Shown here piece by piece: positions 19,309 to 30,061 of a stretch of 64,000 bases of DNA. How positions within the stretch are numbered: position 1 is the stretch's first letter; each line of letters starts with the position of its first letter. Location: positions 186,001 through 250,000 of the IMG/VR virus record IMGVR_UViG_3300029983_000007; one strand, given 5' to 3'. Made by a program: the position numbers and the translations under genes. Below the pieces are notes generated by a model, which saw only the letters and a program-made list of their open reading frames with translations, did no database searches and had not been told where the DNA came from.

Positions 19309-19677
19309 ATGGTGCTTGGTAAATTATATCGTAAAGATTTAAATAAAAATGAAAAACAAGTTTATGATCATGTTAAAAAATTGAGACACGGTGAACTTGT
19401 TGGATTCACAATAGGTAATAAAAATGGTGATGATTCTTTTATTTGGAAACTAAATTTTAATGGAATAGAAAAATGTGAATTATATGGCAAATCACTCTAT
19501 GATAATAAACAATATTCTTTTAAATTTGTAACTGAATATGATGGTTACACAAGTAAATTGTCTAATTTTGATTATATGCTAATATATGTAATGAATTGGT
19601 ATTATAATTGTATTGATGAATATTTGATAATATCTTCACGTAGGAAAAAATTAATTCAAATTAATAACAAACTATAA
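19309..19677 (+). CDS. hypothetical protein with RKxKL-type tail
   Basis: C-terminal SRRKKLIQI. Confidence 0.6.
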   Translation: MVLGKLYRKDLNKNEKQVYDHVKKLRHGELVGFTIGNKNGDDSFIWKLNFNGIEKCELYGKSLYDNKQYSFKFVTEYDGYTSKLSNFDYMLIYVMNWYYNCIDEYLIISSRRKKLIQINNKL

Positions 19678-19731
19678 TATTTACAACTATTTAAAAACCT
19701 CATACTGATTAGGTTAAGTGTAATTTTAATT

Positions 19732-20241
19732 ATGAAAAAAATTGGAATATTTTTGTTGTGTATTTTATTTTTAGTGTCATGTCAACTAAATGATTCAAAA
19801 AAAACGGAAGAATGTAAAGTTGAAAAACAAAATTTTAAAGGTTTTTGTGATTTAATGATTGGTTCAGATTTCAAATCTATACCATCATATAATAAATTTA
19901 AAAAAACGAATGAAGATTTGTATTATGCTGATACATATGAATTATCTAAAGATATTGGTTGTGTTTCTTTTGTTCGTGTTATGCTGAAAAATGGTAGAAT
20001 AAAGGATGTAGGATTTACAAGCAGCAGCATATCAAATAAAAATAAATTAGATTCATGCTTTAAATCATATAATTCAATCTATTTAAATCTTTCACCTTCT
20101 AATAAAAATAGAAAAGACTATAAATCAAATGATGATGTCATAATAACAACATTAATATTAAATAGTGAATATTTATATCATATGTATGGTCATAATCCAA
20201 TTAATTATTTTTATTTTGATTCAACTGGATTAGGTATCTGA
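19732..20241 (+). CDS. putative lipoprotein
   Basis: MKKIGIFLLCILFLVSC signal peptidase II-type signal. Confidence 0.65.
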   Translation: MKKIGIFLLCILFLVSCQLNDSKKTEECKVEKQNFKGFCDLMIGSDFKSIPSYNKFKKTNEDLYYADTYELSKDIGCVSFVRVMLKNGRIKDVGFTSSSISNKNKLDSCFKSYNSIYLNLSPSNKNRKDYKSNDDVIITTLILNSEYLYHMYGHNPINYFYFDSTGLGI

Positions 20242-20312
20242 TTAATATCTGGTAATAAAAAAGAGAATATTTTAATATTCTCTTTTTTTTATATATACAA
20301 CAAAAAAATCTC

Positions 20313-20573
20313 ATGAAAATATATAATTGTTTAAAAAAGGTAAATACTGAGGTTGAACCAACTGAAGTTGAATGTAGTCAAGCTGAATATTGTCCAACAT
20401 ATTTAGCATATTTAGGTAAATATGGTGAAGGATCAAAAGAAATTAAAATATGCAAAAATTCAGATTCTGGATATTGTACTAAATATCATCTCATAAATCA
20501 ATATAAATGGAATGAATTGACTGATGAAGAAAAAATAAAATTGGTAAAAAATATTATCATAAAGGAAGAATAA
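20313..20573 (+). CDS. small Cys-containing hypothetical protein
   Basis: 86 aa ORF after a TTTTTTTATATATA motif. Confidence 0.55.
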   Translation: MKIYNCLKKVNTEVEPTEVECSQAEYCPTYLAYLGKYGEGSKEIKICKNSDSGYCTKYHLINQYKWNELTDEEKIKLVKNIIIKEE

Positions 20574-20574
20574 T

Positions 20575-20829
20575 TTAATATTCTAAATCATTAGAGTTTA
20601 ATTTGTCAATTTTGTCTTTTCTATCTTTTAATAAGAAATATTTATTCTCATCTACAAATAATCTACAAGATATACTATCATTAACTATATCATTAAAATA
20701 TGGACTATTTAAATTGTCACATGTTGTGTGAGTACTCTCATTATTATTAAATTCTTTACATAAATCATCTAGTAATATTGAAGTGTGTGAGTATTTTGAA
20801 TACATACAGTTTAAGCAGTTATCATTCAT
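20575..20829 (-). CDS. small Cys-rich protein with RKxKL-type tail
   Basis: CLNC...C...C...SC; tail DRKDKIDKL. Confidence 0.6.
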   Translation of the reverse strand: MNDNCLNCMYSKYSHTSILLDDLCKEFNNNESTHTTCDNLNSPYFNDIVNDSISCRLFVDENKYFLLKDRKDKIDKLNSNDLEY

Positions 20830-20842
20830 GTGTTGTTTTTTA

Positions 20843-22015
20843 TTATAGGTTAAATTTACTTGTATTTATTAAATAATCAAATTCTTTCTCTATTTTAGGA
20901 TTTAAAATGTCTTTAATATATTTTAAATTATCTATGTTGTCATCTAATATTGTTTTCTGATAGTCATATGATTTTAATATACTAATATCCATATGTCTTA
21001 ATTTTGATATGATAGATGGATATTGTTTCATTTTATTAATCCAAAAATCCTCATTGTAATTAGTTATGAATTCAGTAGTGAATGAATTTTCATATTTACC
21101 ATCATAATTACTTATAATCCAATATGCTAATTCTAAATACTTTGTACTTAAAATTTTACCATTTCTATAATACTTAAAAGGTAATCCTTGTATTATAGAA
21201 TAACCTTTATCTTTTACTTTATCAAGTATAACTCTTACAAATCTATCTAATTTTTCACTTATCATTAATGAAATCAAGTTATCTAATCTATATTGATATT
21301 TATCTTCTGAATGTGTAGCATATGAAGAAAATGAATAATCTTCCTCAATATTTTTAGAGTTAACTAAAAATGATACCGCATCTAAATTACCTTTATGAAT
21401 AACATTATAAATATGCCTATATGTTACTGGTACTCCTAAATTGATTAGATATTTTATAACATCAGGTTTGTCGTTGTATTTTGTTGCATAATCTATACAA
21501 TTTTCTGGTGCTCGTGAAAATGTAGCATCTTTCTTTTTATTCGGATCTAATCCTGTGCTAATTAAAAACTTAACAATATCTAATTTTCCTTTAAAACAAG
21601 CAGTCATTAATAAATCTTGATTGAAAGTTACTCCTAAATCTTTTAATAATTTGAATTTTTTGACATCTGAATTATGGTATACAAGATTATTTAAAAATTC
21701 TGGTTCTTTAATTAATGCTTTATAAATATTATCATTTTTTAATATAGATTTGAAATAAATATAAGGTAGTTCACAAACTGCTGTGTTATTTTTTGAAAAT
21801 TTTTTTGCTGGTACATAATCAACTAATTTGACTGCTAATTCTGGAAGCTCTCTACAAGCAAAATAGAATAATCTATCTTCTTCGTATTCTGTTATATTCT
21901 TTGTGTTGATAATATTTATATAATGATTAACATCAATAATAGATTTAAAATCTTCATAAAAGCTATAAAATACTGGCTTTGTCTTTTTCTCATATATTTT
22001 AAAATTTGTTATCAT
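20843..22015 (-). CDS. ankyrin-repeat protein with KFNL tail
   Basis: LMTACFKGKLDIVKFLISTGLDPN, CIDYA...VIKYLINLG, IHKGNLDAVSFLV; likely start MITNFKIYE at 22015; ends TSKFNL. Confidence 0.7.
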   Translation of the reverse strand: MITNFKIYEKKTKPVFYSFYEDFKSIIDVNHYINIINTKNITEYEEDRLFYFACRELPELAVKLVDYVPAKKFSKNNTAVCELPYIYFKSILKNDNIYKALIKEPEFLNNLVYHNSDVKKFKLLKDLGVTFNQDLLMTACFKGKLDIVKFLISTGLDPNKKKDATFSRAPENCIDYATKYNDKPDVIKYLINLGVPVTYRHIYNVIHKGNLDAVSFLVNSKNIEEDYSFSSYATHSEDKYQYRLDNLISLMISEKLDRFVRVILDKVKDKGYSIIQGLPFKYYRNGKILSTKYLELAYWIISNYDGKYENSFTTEFITNYNEDFWINKMKQYPSIISKLRHMDISILKSYDYQKTILDDNIDNLKYIKDILNPKIEKEFDYLINTSKFNL

Positions 22016-22037
22016 ATCATTATATATAAAAAACAAT

Positions 22038-23094
22038 TTAAAATTTTCTTTCGGTTTCCATTCTTTTCAATGTTTCATATGGTGTTTCTCCTTTTTTCAT
22101 TGTGTAGCTACATCCAGTTGTACCTCCTTTCCAGGTACCTTTTCTTTCACCTATATCATCACTAAATTCTATTTCAATGTCTTTCCTTATTAATCTAATA
22201 TACTTCAACCAAGTGAGCCATTTCCATCTCCATTCTCTTTCTTCTACTCTAATAGTTGCTAAACAATTTTGTTCTTCACCATATTTTGTTGTATATTTGT
22301 AAGTATATGTTTCAGAAAAAATAATATCTTTCCATTTTGGATGATTCCAAAACTCCATATTCCTTGATTTTCTTGTTTCACTAAGCCAAGTACCATCTTT
22401 GACTAGACAGCTTGTTCTTATCCATTCCCAATGCCAAGGTAGATAAAAAGATTTGTATGTATAACCATAATTTACACTAAATTGCTTATCAGAAAAAGAT
22501 ATACCATATGTTGGTGGAGTAGATTCATCATATAGATTCTTAGTGTATTTTATTTCTATTTTTGATTTTTTATCAGACAATGTTGATAATTTATCTTTTC
22601 TAATATCTTTAATACTTTTTTTTATTTTAATTTTTTTATAATGTCTCCATGGTAGATTTATAAACAATTTCCCCCATATAAAATATATTTGAAGATTTGG
22701 ACTTGGATCAAAATATCCTGCTATATGGTATTTTAAACTAAAACCACTCCAATCAGGAGTAAATTCAATATATTTATTTTTAAATGGTTTCAACTTCAAG
22801 TCTTGTTAATTTTATTATTCTTTTAACTAATATAATATTCTCTGGTAATTTTATGTTGTATAATTTTGTTAATGTGTCTTGTTTGAAATGAAATCCGTGA
22901 TCATAATCATATGCAATTTTTGCAAATTCGTCACCAGCATTCATCCAATCCATCCATTCAACTCCGCTATTATCTAAGCCATATGAAACACATTGTTTAT
23001 ATAGTTTCAATATTGCTGTTCTATTTTTTATAAATTTAGAGTAGTTGGTTTCTCTTTCGTCGTATTCCATGTTCATATTAGTATAAAATATCAA
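22038..23094 (-). CDS. two hypothetical proteins (22038-22799, 22780-23094)
   Basis: Overlapping ORFs of 253 and 104 aa; no family recognised. Confidence 0.6.
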
Positions 23095-23222
23095 ATATGT
23101 TTTTAAATCTGATATATTTAATAGTAAAGATAGTAAAGATAGTAAAAATAATTTGAATTAAAAACACAAAAATTAAATATGTTTTTCAAAAAATTATATA
23201 TACTGAAAAATAACAGTTAAAT

Positions 23223-23972
23223 ATGAGAAATTTGAAGAGTTTTAACCAAATGTTTGAATATGCCACAGGTAATAAATTGAAAAATAGATGGACAAAAAAT
23301 GATGTAATTATTGCATTATATTATGAAAAATTTGGATTGAGTAAAATTGGCATTGAAGATAGTAAAGTTGAAACCTTTGTGAATAAATATATTGGTTCAA
23401 ATGAACCGTCATTAAAGATGGAAGCACTAAATATAAGATATGCATTAGGAATAAAACATAATGAAGAACCAGAAGGATTATCAAGATATTCAAAAACTTG
23501 TATGGTAGTAGTAGATGAATATGATAGTTACACTGAATCAGAATTGAGAGAAATAGTAGAAGATATTATAGACAATACTACAGAAGAACAAATAGCTATA
23601 AATGTATCACAGGCTGAAAATCAAAGAGAAGAAGTTCTTAAAAGAAGAGAAGCAAAAAGAAAAGAAAAAGAACTTAATCCAAGTAGAAGAAGAGGAAGAC
23701 CAAGTCTTAGTGATGTTGAGATGAAACCTATGCCTAATGATGATTCAACTGATTCATATGGTAGACCAATATCTAAACTTGATAATATACAAACAGATGA
23801 ACAATCATTTGTTCAAGTTGGAGATGTACTTAATCATATTAAATTTGGTAGAGGTGAAGTAATGTCAGTAAATGGTAATTTGATTGAATTGGATTTCTTT
23901 GAAAATGATTTAGGATTAAAAAAAGTAGTATTTAAACCTGAATTATTTAAATGGACACCTGATTCATTCTAA
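23223..23972 (+). CDS. paralog of 18049-18825 with AT-hook-like motif and C-terminal Tudor-like domain
   Basis: RWTKNDVIIA, SLKMEALNIRY, RRRGRPS, VGDVLNHIKFGRGEVMSVNGNLIELDF. Confidence 0.55.
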   Translation: MRNLKSFNQMFEYATGNKLKNRWTKNDVIIALYYEKFGLSKIGIEDSKVETFVNKYIGSNEPSLKMEALNIRYALGIKHNEEPEGLSRYSKTCMVVVDEYDSYTESELREIVEDIIDNTTEEQIAINVSQAENQREEVLKRREAKRKEKELNPSRRRGRPSLSDVEMKPMPNDDSTDSYGRPISKLDNIQTDEQSFVQVGDVLNHIKFGRGEVMSVNGNLIELDFFENDLGLKKVVFKPELFKWTPDSF

Positions 23973-24027
23973 ATGAACCTTTAAAAATAAATATATAAAT
24001 AAAAATTCAAAAAACAAAAGAATTATT

Positions 24028-25362
24028 ATGACGCAAATAATCAAACTAAACAATCAACCTGAAAACTTAATCAGTCAATTAAAAGACAAAGAATTATTAA
24101 TATATGAAGATATTCAAGGCTCTCAAATATTTGTAAAATGGGATGGTACAAAATTCTTAATAAGACCAAAATCAATTAGTAACACAGATCTAAATTTTGT
24201 AGATCTGGCTATTCAAAAGTATTATAATAATGTATTTCAATATATTTATACCCTTCCCGATTTTGTAACTAATTTACTATCAAAGAATTGGTGGTTCTGT
24301 TTTGAGTATTTTCCAGATAATCAACCAGGTAACATAGAATATAAAAAAATTCCAAAGAACAATCTAATTTTAACTTGTATAGTTAAAGGTACAAAATATA
24401 AATATAATTATAATGAGATATTAGAATACTCTAAATTATTTAATGTAGATTCTTTACCAGTGATATTTAAAGGTAAATTGAACGATAAACAGTTAGAAGT
24501 GATAAACTTGTTCTTACATACATCAGAAGAAGATTTGGAGTATGTTTATGGTGAGTCTAACTTTGCATATTTTTTCTATAAGATATTAAATCCTCAATTA
24601 AATAATTCATTTTTAATGGATGGCTTCAATGACAATTTGGAAAAAATAATAGTTAGAATAAATGGTGATGATGAATTTTCATTTGAGATATTAAATCCAT
24701 CTTATGAAAGAATGAATCTTGATAGTAAAACAGATTACTTAGAAAATTATTCATTAATATTGCTAAATTTTTTAGAATTCATACAACTAATAAGTTTTGA
24801 GAAAGTTAAGCTTAAAGAAATAACAAAAGAAGAATTATATATTGAATTAATTTCAGCTATATTTAATGATTATGTTGAAAATATTACTAAAGAAATAAAG
24901 GATTGGAATTTAGCTATTCCTACATTTTTCTCAGAAGATAAATTTAAAATTAATACATTTTTGTTGAAAAATGATAAAACTATTGATTATATAAAATCTG
25001 ATGATAAAATTGAGTATATTTTTAAACTTATTTTGAGTTCATTTAATAAGAAATTGAAGAAGCCTATTGGCATTTTTAATGATAAAACACTAGAATTGTT
25101 TAATAGTGACGTAGATAAAATATCTATTTATTTAGATAATATATTAAAAGTAAATCGTGAATATTTACTTAAAAATAATGATTTGTTGAATTTTAAGGAT
25201 TATTTCAATGTTAATTTCAACACTGATTATAATGATATGATTTATCCAGATGTTTCAAAATTAGGTGCAGAAATACCATCAGGAGGAGAAAAAAAGAAAG
25301 AAAATCCAAAAGACACATTAAAAGGTGGTATACCAATTGATTTAAAGAAAGGTAAATTCTAA
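24028..25362 (+). CDS. possible RNA/ATP-dependent ligase-fold protein (degenerate)
   Basis: YEDIQGSQIFV resembles ligase motif I (KxDG) but lacks the Lys; FCFEYF resembles motif III; EKIIVR resembles motif IV. Confidence 0.35.
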   Translation: MTQIIKLNNQPENLISQLKDKELLIYEDIQGSQIFVKWDGTKFLIRPKSISNTDLNFVDLAIQKYYNNVFQYIYTLPDFVTNLLSKNWWFCFEYFPDNQPGNIEYKKIPKNNLILTCIVKGTKYKYNYNEILEYSKLFNVDSLPVIFKGKLNDKQLEVINLFLHTSEEDLEYVYGESNFAYFFYKILNPQLNNSFLMDGFNDNLEKIIVRINGDDEFSFEILNPSYERMNLDSKTDYLENYSLILLNFLEFIQLISFEKVKLKEITKEELYIELISAIFNDYVENITKEIKDWNLAIPTFFSEDKFKINTFLLKNDKTIDYIKSDDKIEYIFKLILSSFNKKLKKPIGIFNDKTLELFNSDVDKISIYLDNILKVNREYLLKNNDLLNFKDYFNVNFNTDYNDMIYPDVSKLGAEIPSGGEKKKENPKDTLKGGIPIDLKKGKF

Positions 25363-26356
25363 TTTATAATAGACAATAATTCAGAATAATCTTTGTTTAT
25401 AACAAATATAAAATTAAAGCCATTATTTATAGTGGCTTCTTTTTTAGCTTCATTTTTTTCTTTTTCAAGTTCGTAAGTATAACTACTTTTAATTTCAACT
25501 ATCAAATTATAATTAGGTAAATAAAAATCAGGATAATATTTTTTATTTTTATTATCAAAAATATAATCAATATATTTAGCATTTTCTATTTTATAATCAT
25601 CACTAAAATTAATAAGAAAGTCTAACTCATAAGTTCCTCTATATAAATATTGCTTATATTCTTTTAATTGAAATGCTGATTTTTGAGACTTTTTAAAAAT
25701 TTCATAATTTTGTATAGGATATTCTACGCCATATCGTTCTAAATTTATATTTTTAATTTTTTCTTTAATTTCATAATTTTGTATAGGATATTCTACGCCA
25801 TAATCAGCAAGACTTTTTTTATTTTCTTATTTTTTATTTCTTGATTTTGTGAATTATGTTCAACCCCATATCGTTCTAAATTTGTTTTCTTACTTTTTTC
25901 ATTAATTTCATAATTTTGTAAAGCACACACCGTGCCATATTTTTTAAAATTTGTTTTTTTAATTTTTTTATAAAATTCAATATTTTGTGTTGGATATTCT
26001 ACACCATATTTTTCTAAATTTGTTTTTTTGCATTTTTCATTATATTCTTTTGTTTTTGAATAATTATAGACACCATATTTATTTAACATTATTATTTTAA
26101 CTTTTTCTTGACCACACGCACTTGAGCATGAATAGAAATTGCATTTTATGAAACTTTTATAATAAAATCTATATTCCATTATTTTTTCATTACCACATAC
26201 ATCACATTTAACAACAATTTTTTGACTACTACCTTTAGATAAATCTTCTGTATTTATTTCAATGATATCTTTTAATTTGCACTTATATCCTTTTAATATT
26301 AACTCATAAATATTTTTTTTATTGACTTTAATTATAATTTTATTAGTTAATATCAT
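25359..26356 (-). pseudogene. repeat-containing PD-(D/E)xK endonuclease split by a -1 frameshift
   Basis: 5' ORF has CKC, CDVC, CSSAC and KYGVEYPTQN repeats; the -1 frame past the A7 run (about 25814-25820) continues ...DYGVEYPIQN..RYGVEYPIQN...YYPDFYLPNYNLIVEIKSSYT...* (TAG at 25359-25361). Confidence 0.8.
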
Positions 26357-26535
26357 AATATTATCATTTTTTTCTGAAGTTCTTCTTTGATTGTAGAACT
26401 TTTACATAATTCAGATATTATACAATTCTCTAAGAATTTAGAACGGTTAGAAACTGTGTTATTTATAGTTTCTAATAATTCAGGATTTAATGATATTGAT
26501 ATTATAATTTTTTTATTCTTAACTTTCATAATCAT
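26353..26535 (-). CDS. ribbon-helix-helix DNA-binding protein
   Basis: KKIIISISLNPELLETINNTVSNRSKFLENCI; similar to 1689-1853; overlaps the endonuclease start. Confidence 0.65.
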   Translation of the reverse strand: MIMKVKNKKIIISISLNPELLETINNTVSNRSKFLENCIISELCKSSTIKEELQKKMIIL

Positions 26536-26642
26536 TTAGTATTTTTATTGTATATATTAATAAAATAAAGTCTAAAAATGCTAATAAAATAGCATTTTTT
26601 GTTAAAGTTATAATATTCAGAACATTAATAAAATAAACTTTT

Positions 26643-26834
26643 TTGAATTTTATTTATATTAGAATAAAAAATATAATGCGTAAAAAAGTGTCTGATGAAA
26701 ATAAAAGAAAGCATGTTTCATTCTCAATTGATCCAGAAGTTTATGAATTATGGAAGAAATATTGTGAAGATAATGATATTGAGAATTATTCTGAATATAT
26801 TGAGAAAATTATAGTTGAAAAAATGAAAAAATGA
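26643..26834 (+). CDS. ribbon-helix-helix DNA-binding protein
   Basis: ENKRKHVSFSIDPEVYELWKKYCEDNDIENYSEYIEKII; similar to 1433-1609; real start is probably the ATG near 26677. Confidence 0.65.
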   Translation: MNFIYIRIKNIMRKKVSDENKRKHVSFSIDPEVYELWKKYCEDNDIENYSEYIEKIIVEKMKK

Positions 26835-27109
26835 AAATAGAAGAATTAAAAATTAACCAAACAATAAAATACAAAAAAGAAATACCAGATGTTTTATCAA
26901 TAGATAAAGAATATATTATTACATATAGTAGTTATCTTGGTACTGATATTGTGTCTATTAATAGGAAAAAACGAAAATCTATGAATATTATTGCAATAAA
27001 ATGTGATGATGACGAAATTCATGATTTTTTTCAGAATGAATTTGAAGAATATTTTTATACTGAAAAAGATTATAGGAAAGAGAAAATAATTAAATTGAAT
27101 TATATTTAA
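26831..27109 (+). CDS. small protein with RKxKL-type tail
   Basis: YFYTEKDYRKEKIIKL. Confidence 0.65.
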   Translation: MKIEELKINQTIKYKKEIPDVLSIDKEYIITYSSYLGTDIVSINRKKRKSMNIIAIKCDDDEIHDFFQNEFEEYFYTEKDYRKEKIIKLNYI

Positions 27110-27165
27110 TTTAGTATTATCATATAAAAATGCACCATTATCAATAGTATCGATAATGGTGCATT

Positions 27166-27980
27166 TTATATGTTAAATTTATTTGTTATTATTCTAATTT
27201 CTGATATAAATCTATATGCAAGCCAGTCCTCTAAAATTGCGCCAGTTTCAATATCTTTAACATCAACACAAAAATCATCAATATCTTCTATTGTTAAGTA
27301 TTGATGCTCAATCATAATAGTTTCTTTTTGGTGCTCACTATCTTCATTATAAATTCTTAATACTAAGTATTTTTTACCTTTTTGTGGTTCACTATACATA
27401 TTATCATATCCACCATGAATACAAGTGACTTCATCTCCTAATGAGAAATATATATCATTATAATGTTCGAATATTTTAAAGTCTTTTATCATAAGTTAAA
27501 TTTGTTTGCTGTTTTATTCAATTTAAATTCTTCGAATTCTTCTGGTGTTAATACTCCAGTTGTTTTAAATATTACATATCCTTCGTTTTTTAAATCTTCT
27601 GTGAAATCTTTAATTTGATAATTTGGATAATAAAATACTTCAGACCAATCTTCATTACCTTCATCTGTATATTCACCTTCATCACTAAAATAATATCCTA
27701 TTGTAATACCAGGTGATTCACTCATAAATCCAAGTTGAGAAATATCACTAAATAATACTATTGATGAATTTGATACAATATCATCAAACAAATTTAAATA
27801 ATCACTTTCAACTTCATAATCAGAGTTATTAATTTCTTCTTTTCCTTCTTCTGTTAATGATATTTTTAAATTACCATTTTCTAATCTTTTCAATGTTAAA
27901 TATTCACCATTTCTTAATTCACTATCATCAAGTGATATCATATTTTCGTTTACATTAAATTTATTAAATTTTGTTATCAT
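27166..27980 (-). CDS. two FE/KFN-tagged proteins (27166-27492, 27489-27980)
   Basis: MIKDFKIFE...TNKFNI; MITKFNKFNVNE...ANKFNL. Confidence 0.75.
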
Positions 27981-28078
27981 ATATTAAATTTTTTTGTATC
28001 AAAATGTAGTTTCATTTTTTCTATGAAATCAGACATTACAATTTTTGGATTTTTCTTTATTTCTTCTAGATATATATT

Positions 28079-29004
28079 GAAGTCGTCTTGACTTTTTGAG
28101 GAGGGAAACAATATTTAAAAGAAGGGAACGTTTTGTATGCGACAAAACAACAATAACATTCCCTTCATGGTGTACCAAGTACTTGACAAAGATACAATAA
28201 GAATTGAAATACTGCCTCATTTATCGGTAGCAAAAAGAGGTTTTAAGACCACAAGTTGTCTGATTGAAGTAGTAAATAGCATTTTATATAAGCTGAAAAC
28301 AGGCTGTCAATGGTATCTGTTGCCAGTAAGAAGTTTGTTCTCAGATGTAGTCTTAAGCCATAAAACCATTTTTGGTCATTTTCGCAAATGGTGTAAGAGT
28401 GGTGAGTGGGAATACTGTTGGACGAAAATACTGGAAAAATACAAGTCGTTCTTGGATTTATCTAGTGCCGACTTGGATGGTAGTCATGCCACAGCACTTC
28501 GCGGAGGCGAAGAAGTGGCTTATCAGGGTAGGAAGAAAAGGAAAACGACAAATTCTTTGTTTCTTTCTGACCGACAGGGTTTACCTTTAGCTTTATCAAA
28601 TCCAATTGCAGGTAACCATAATGATTTATATGCAATTGAGAAATCCTCAGAAGAACTATTTTCAACTTTAGGGGAGGCAAAGATTAGTACAGATGGTCTT
28701 TTTATTAATGCTGATTCTGGTTTTGATTCAAAAAACTTTCGATCGATTTGTGAAAAATGGGGAGTAATTCCCAATGTTGCTTTCAACTATCGCAATGGTG
28801 AAAACAAAGATGAGTATTTATTAGATGATTTACTTTACAAACAAAGATACGTCATTGAAAGAACAAATGCTTGGATGGACAGTTTCAGATCGCTGCTTAA
28901 TAGATTTGATTATACGGTTTCAAGCTGGAAAAGCTTCAATTACATAGCTTTTATGATTATATTATTCAAGAAAATTAAAACTAACAAAAAGTCAAGATGA
29001 CTTC
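28079..29004 (+). mobile_element. IS5-family insertion sequence, 926 bp
   Basis: 19-bp terminal inverted repeats GAAGTCGTCTTGACTTTTT / AAAAAGTCAAGATGACTTC (1 mismatch), 3-bp direct repeat ATT on both sides, GC content above the flanks. Confidence 0.92.
28137..29000 (+). CDS. tnp: IS5-family DDE transposase
   Basis: LYKLKTGCQWYLLP, FRKWCKSG, LDGSH, GNHND, ADSGFD, RYVIERTNAWM. Confidence 0.95.
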   Translation: MRQNNNNIPFMVYQVLDKDTIRIEILPHLSVAKRGFKTTSCLIEVVNSILYKLKTGCQWYLLPVRSLFSDVVLSHKTIFGHFRKWCKSGEWEYCWTKILEKYKSFLDLSSADLDGSHATALRGGEEVAYQGRKKRKTTNSLFLSDRQGLPLALSNPIAGNHNDLYAIEKSSEELFSTLGEAKISTDGLFINADSGFDSKNFRSICEKWGVIPNVAFNYRNGENKDEYLLDDLLYKQRYVIERTNAWMDSFRSLLNRFDYTVSSWKSFNYIAFMIILFKKIKTNKKSR

Positions 29005-30061
29005 ATTATATGATTCACTTATATCATCTCCTGAAACACCATCATTATTATATTCTGATATTTTATCAGATAATCTTTCATTGAAAGTTTCATTTAGATC
29101 TTTTGTGCTTCCATTGTAACCATAGTAAGGTTGTGAATAATCAATGACATCATCTTGATAACTATCATCATATTTTTTTATGATAAATTTAGCTTTATAT
29201 GCATCAGTTTTTGTGTCAAATTTTAACCATAACATTGGTTCTTTACTGTTGTTATAATTATTCCATTTTATAGAATCTCTTGATACTCCAAAAAACGAAT
29301 ATGCCTTACCAATTATATCACTCCAAGCTTCTGCTTCATCTGCTGCTTCATGTCCTGAGCGAATACAATCTAATAACATTCCTTTAAGTTCATCCATATC
29401 ATATTCTTCTATTATATCAACTATATCAGAGTAATCAGAAATATTGTCAATATCTTCAATATCAATATCAATATTATTATTAATTAGTTCAAGAGTGAGT
29501 AATACCTTAATTATATCTATATTTTCTTTATCCAAAGTCATGTTATCATTAATACTAAAACTTGAGTCGTTATATTGAAATAAATCATATGCGTCACCAG
29601 ATAACATTGTTGAGATAAAATTATCTGATGTATTATCACCAATCTTAAAATAGTCAGAAAAAAAAGGAAAATCTTTAACAACTAGCCAATAATCATCATC
29701 ATCTTTTACTATCTCTTTACATTTTAGATTTTCTCCATAATAATTCAACAACTCAACATTGTCTTCGATTGTTTCTTTCAAATCAATATTATCATCTTCT
29801 AATGTATAAAAATCTCCTCTATAAAAATCAAATACCATTTTATCATCATTTTTGTTATTTGTATTTAAAAAAATGTTAGAAAAATTCCCTTTATATGAAT
29901 CCATATTAATATTACCATCTTTTGACCATTCAGTTAATGCATCAAATGAGTTTGCTTTTTCTATTTTCCAATTTTCATTTTCGAATAGTATTGTGAAATC
30001 TCTATTAGATTGCTCTAAATTTGAATCATTTATTTCCTTGAAATAATATAAATGTTTCATG

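Larger units (their letters stand above)
27977..30060 (-). pseudogene. FE/KFN-tagged gene interrupted near its 3' end by the IS
   Basis: Removing the IS and one ATT restores ...SESYNIYLEEIKKNPKIVMSDFIEKMKLHFDTKKFNI*, with its TGA overlapping the next ATG at 27980. Confidence 0.85.
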
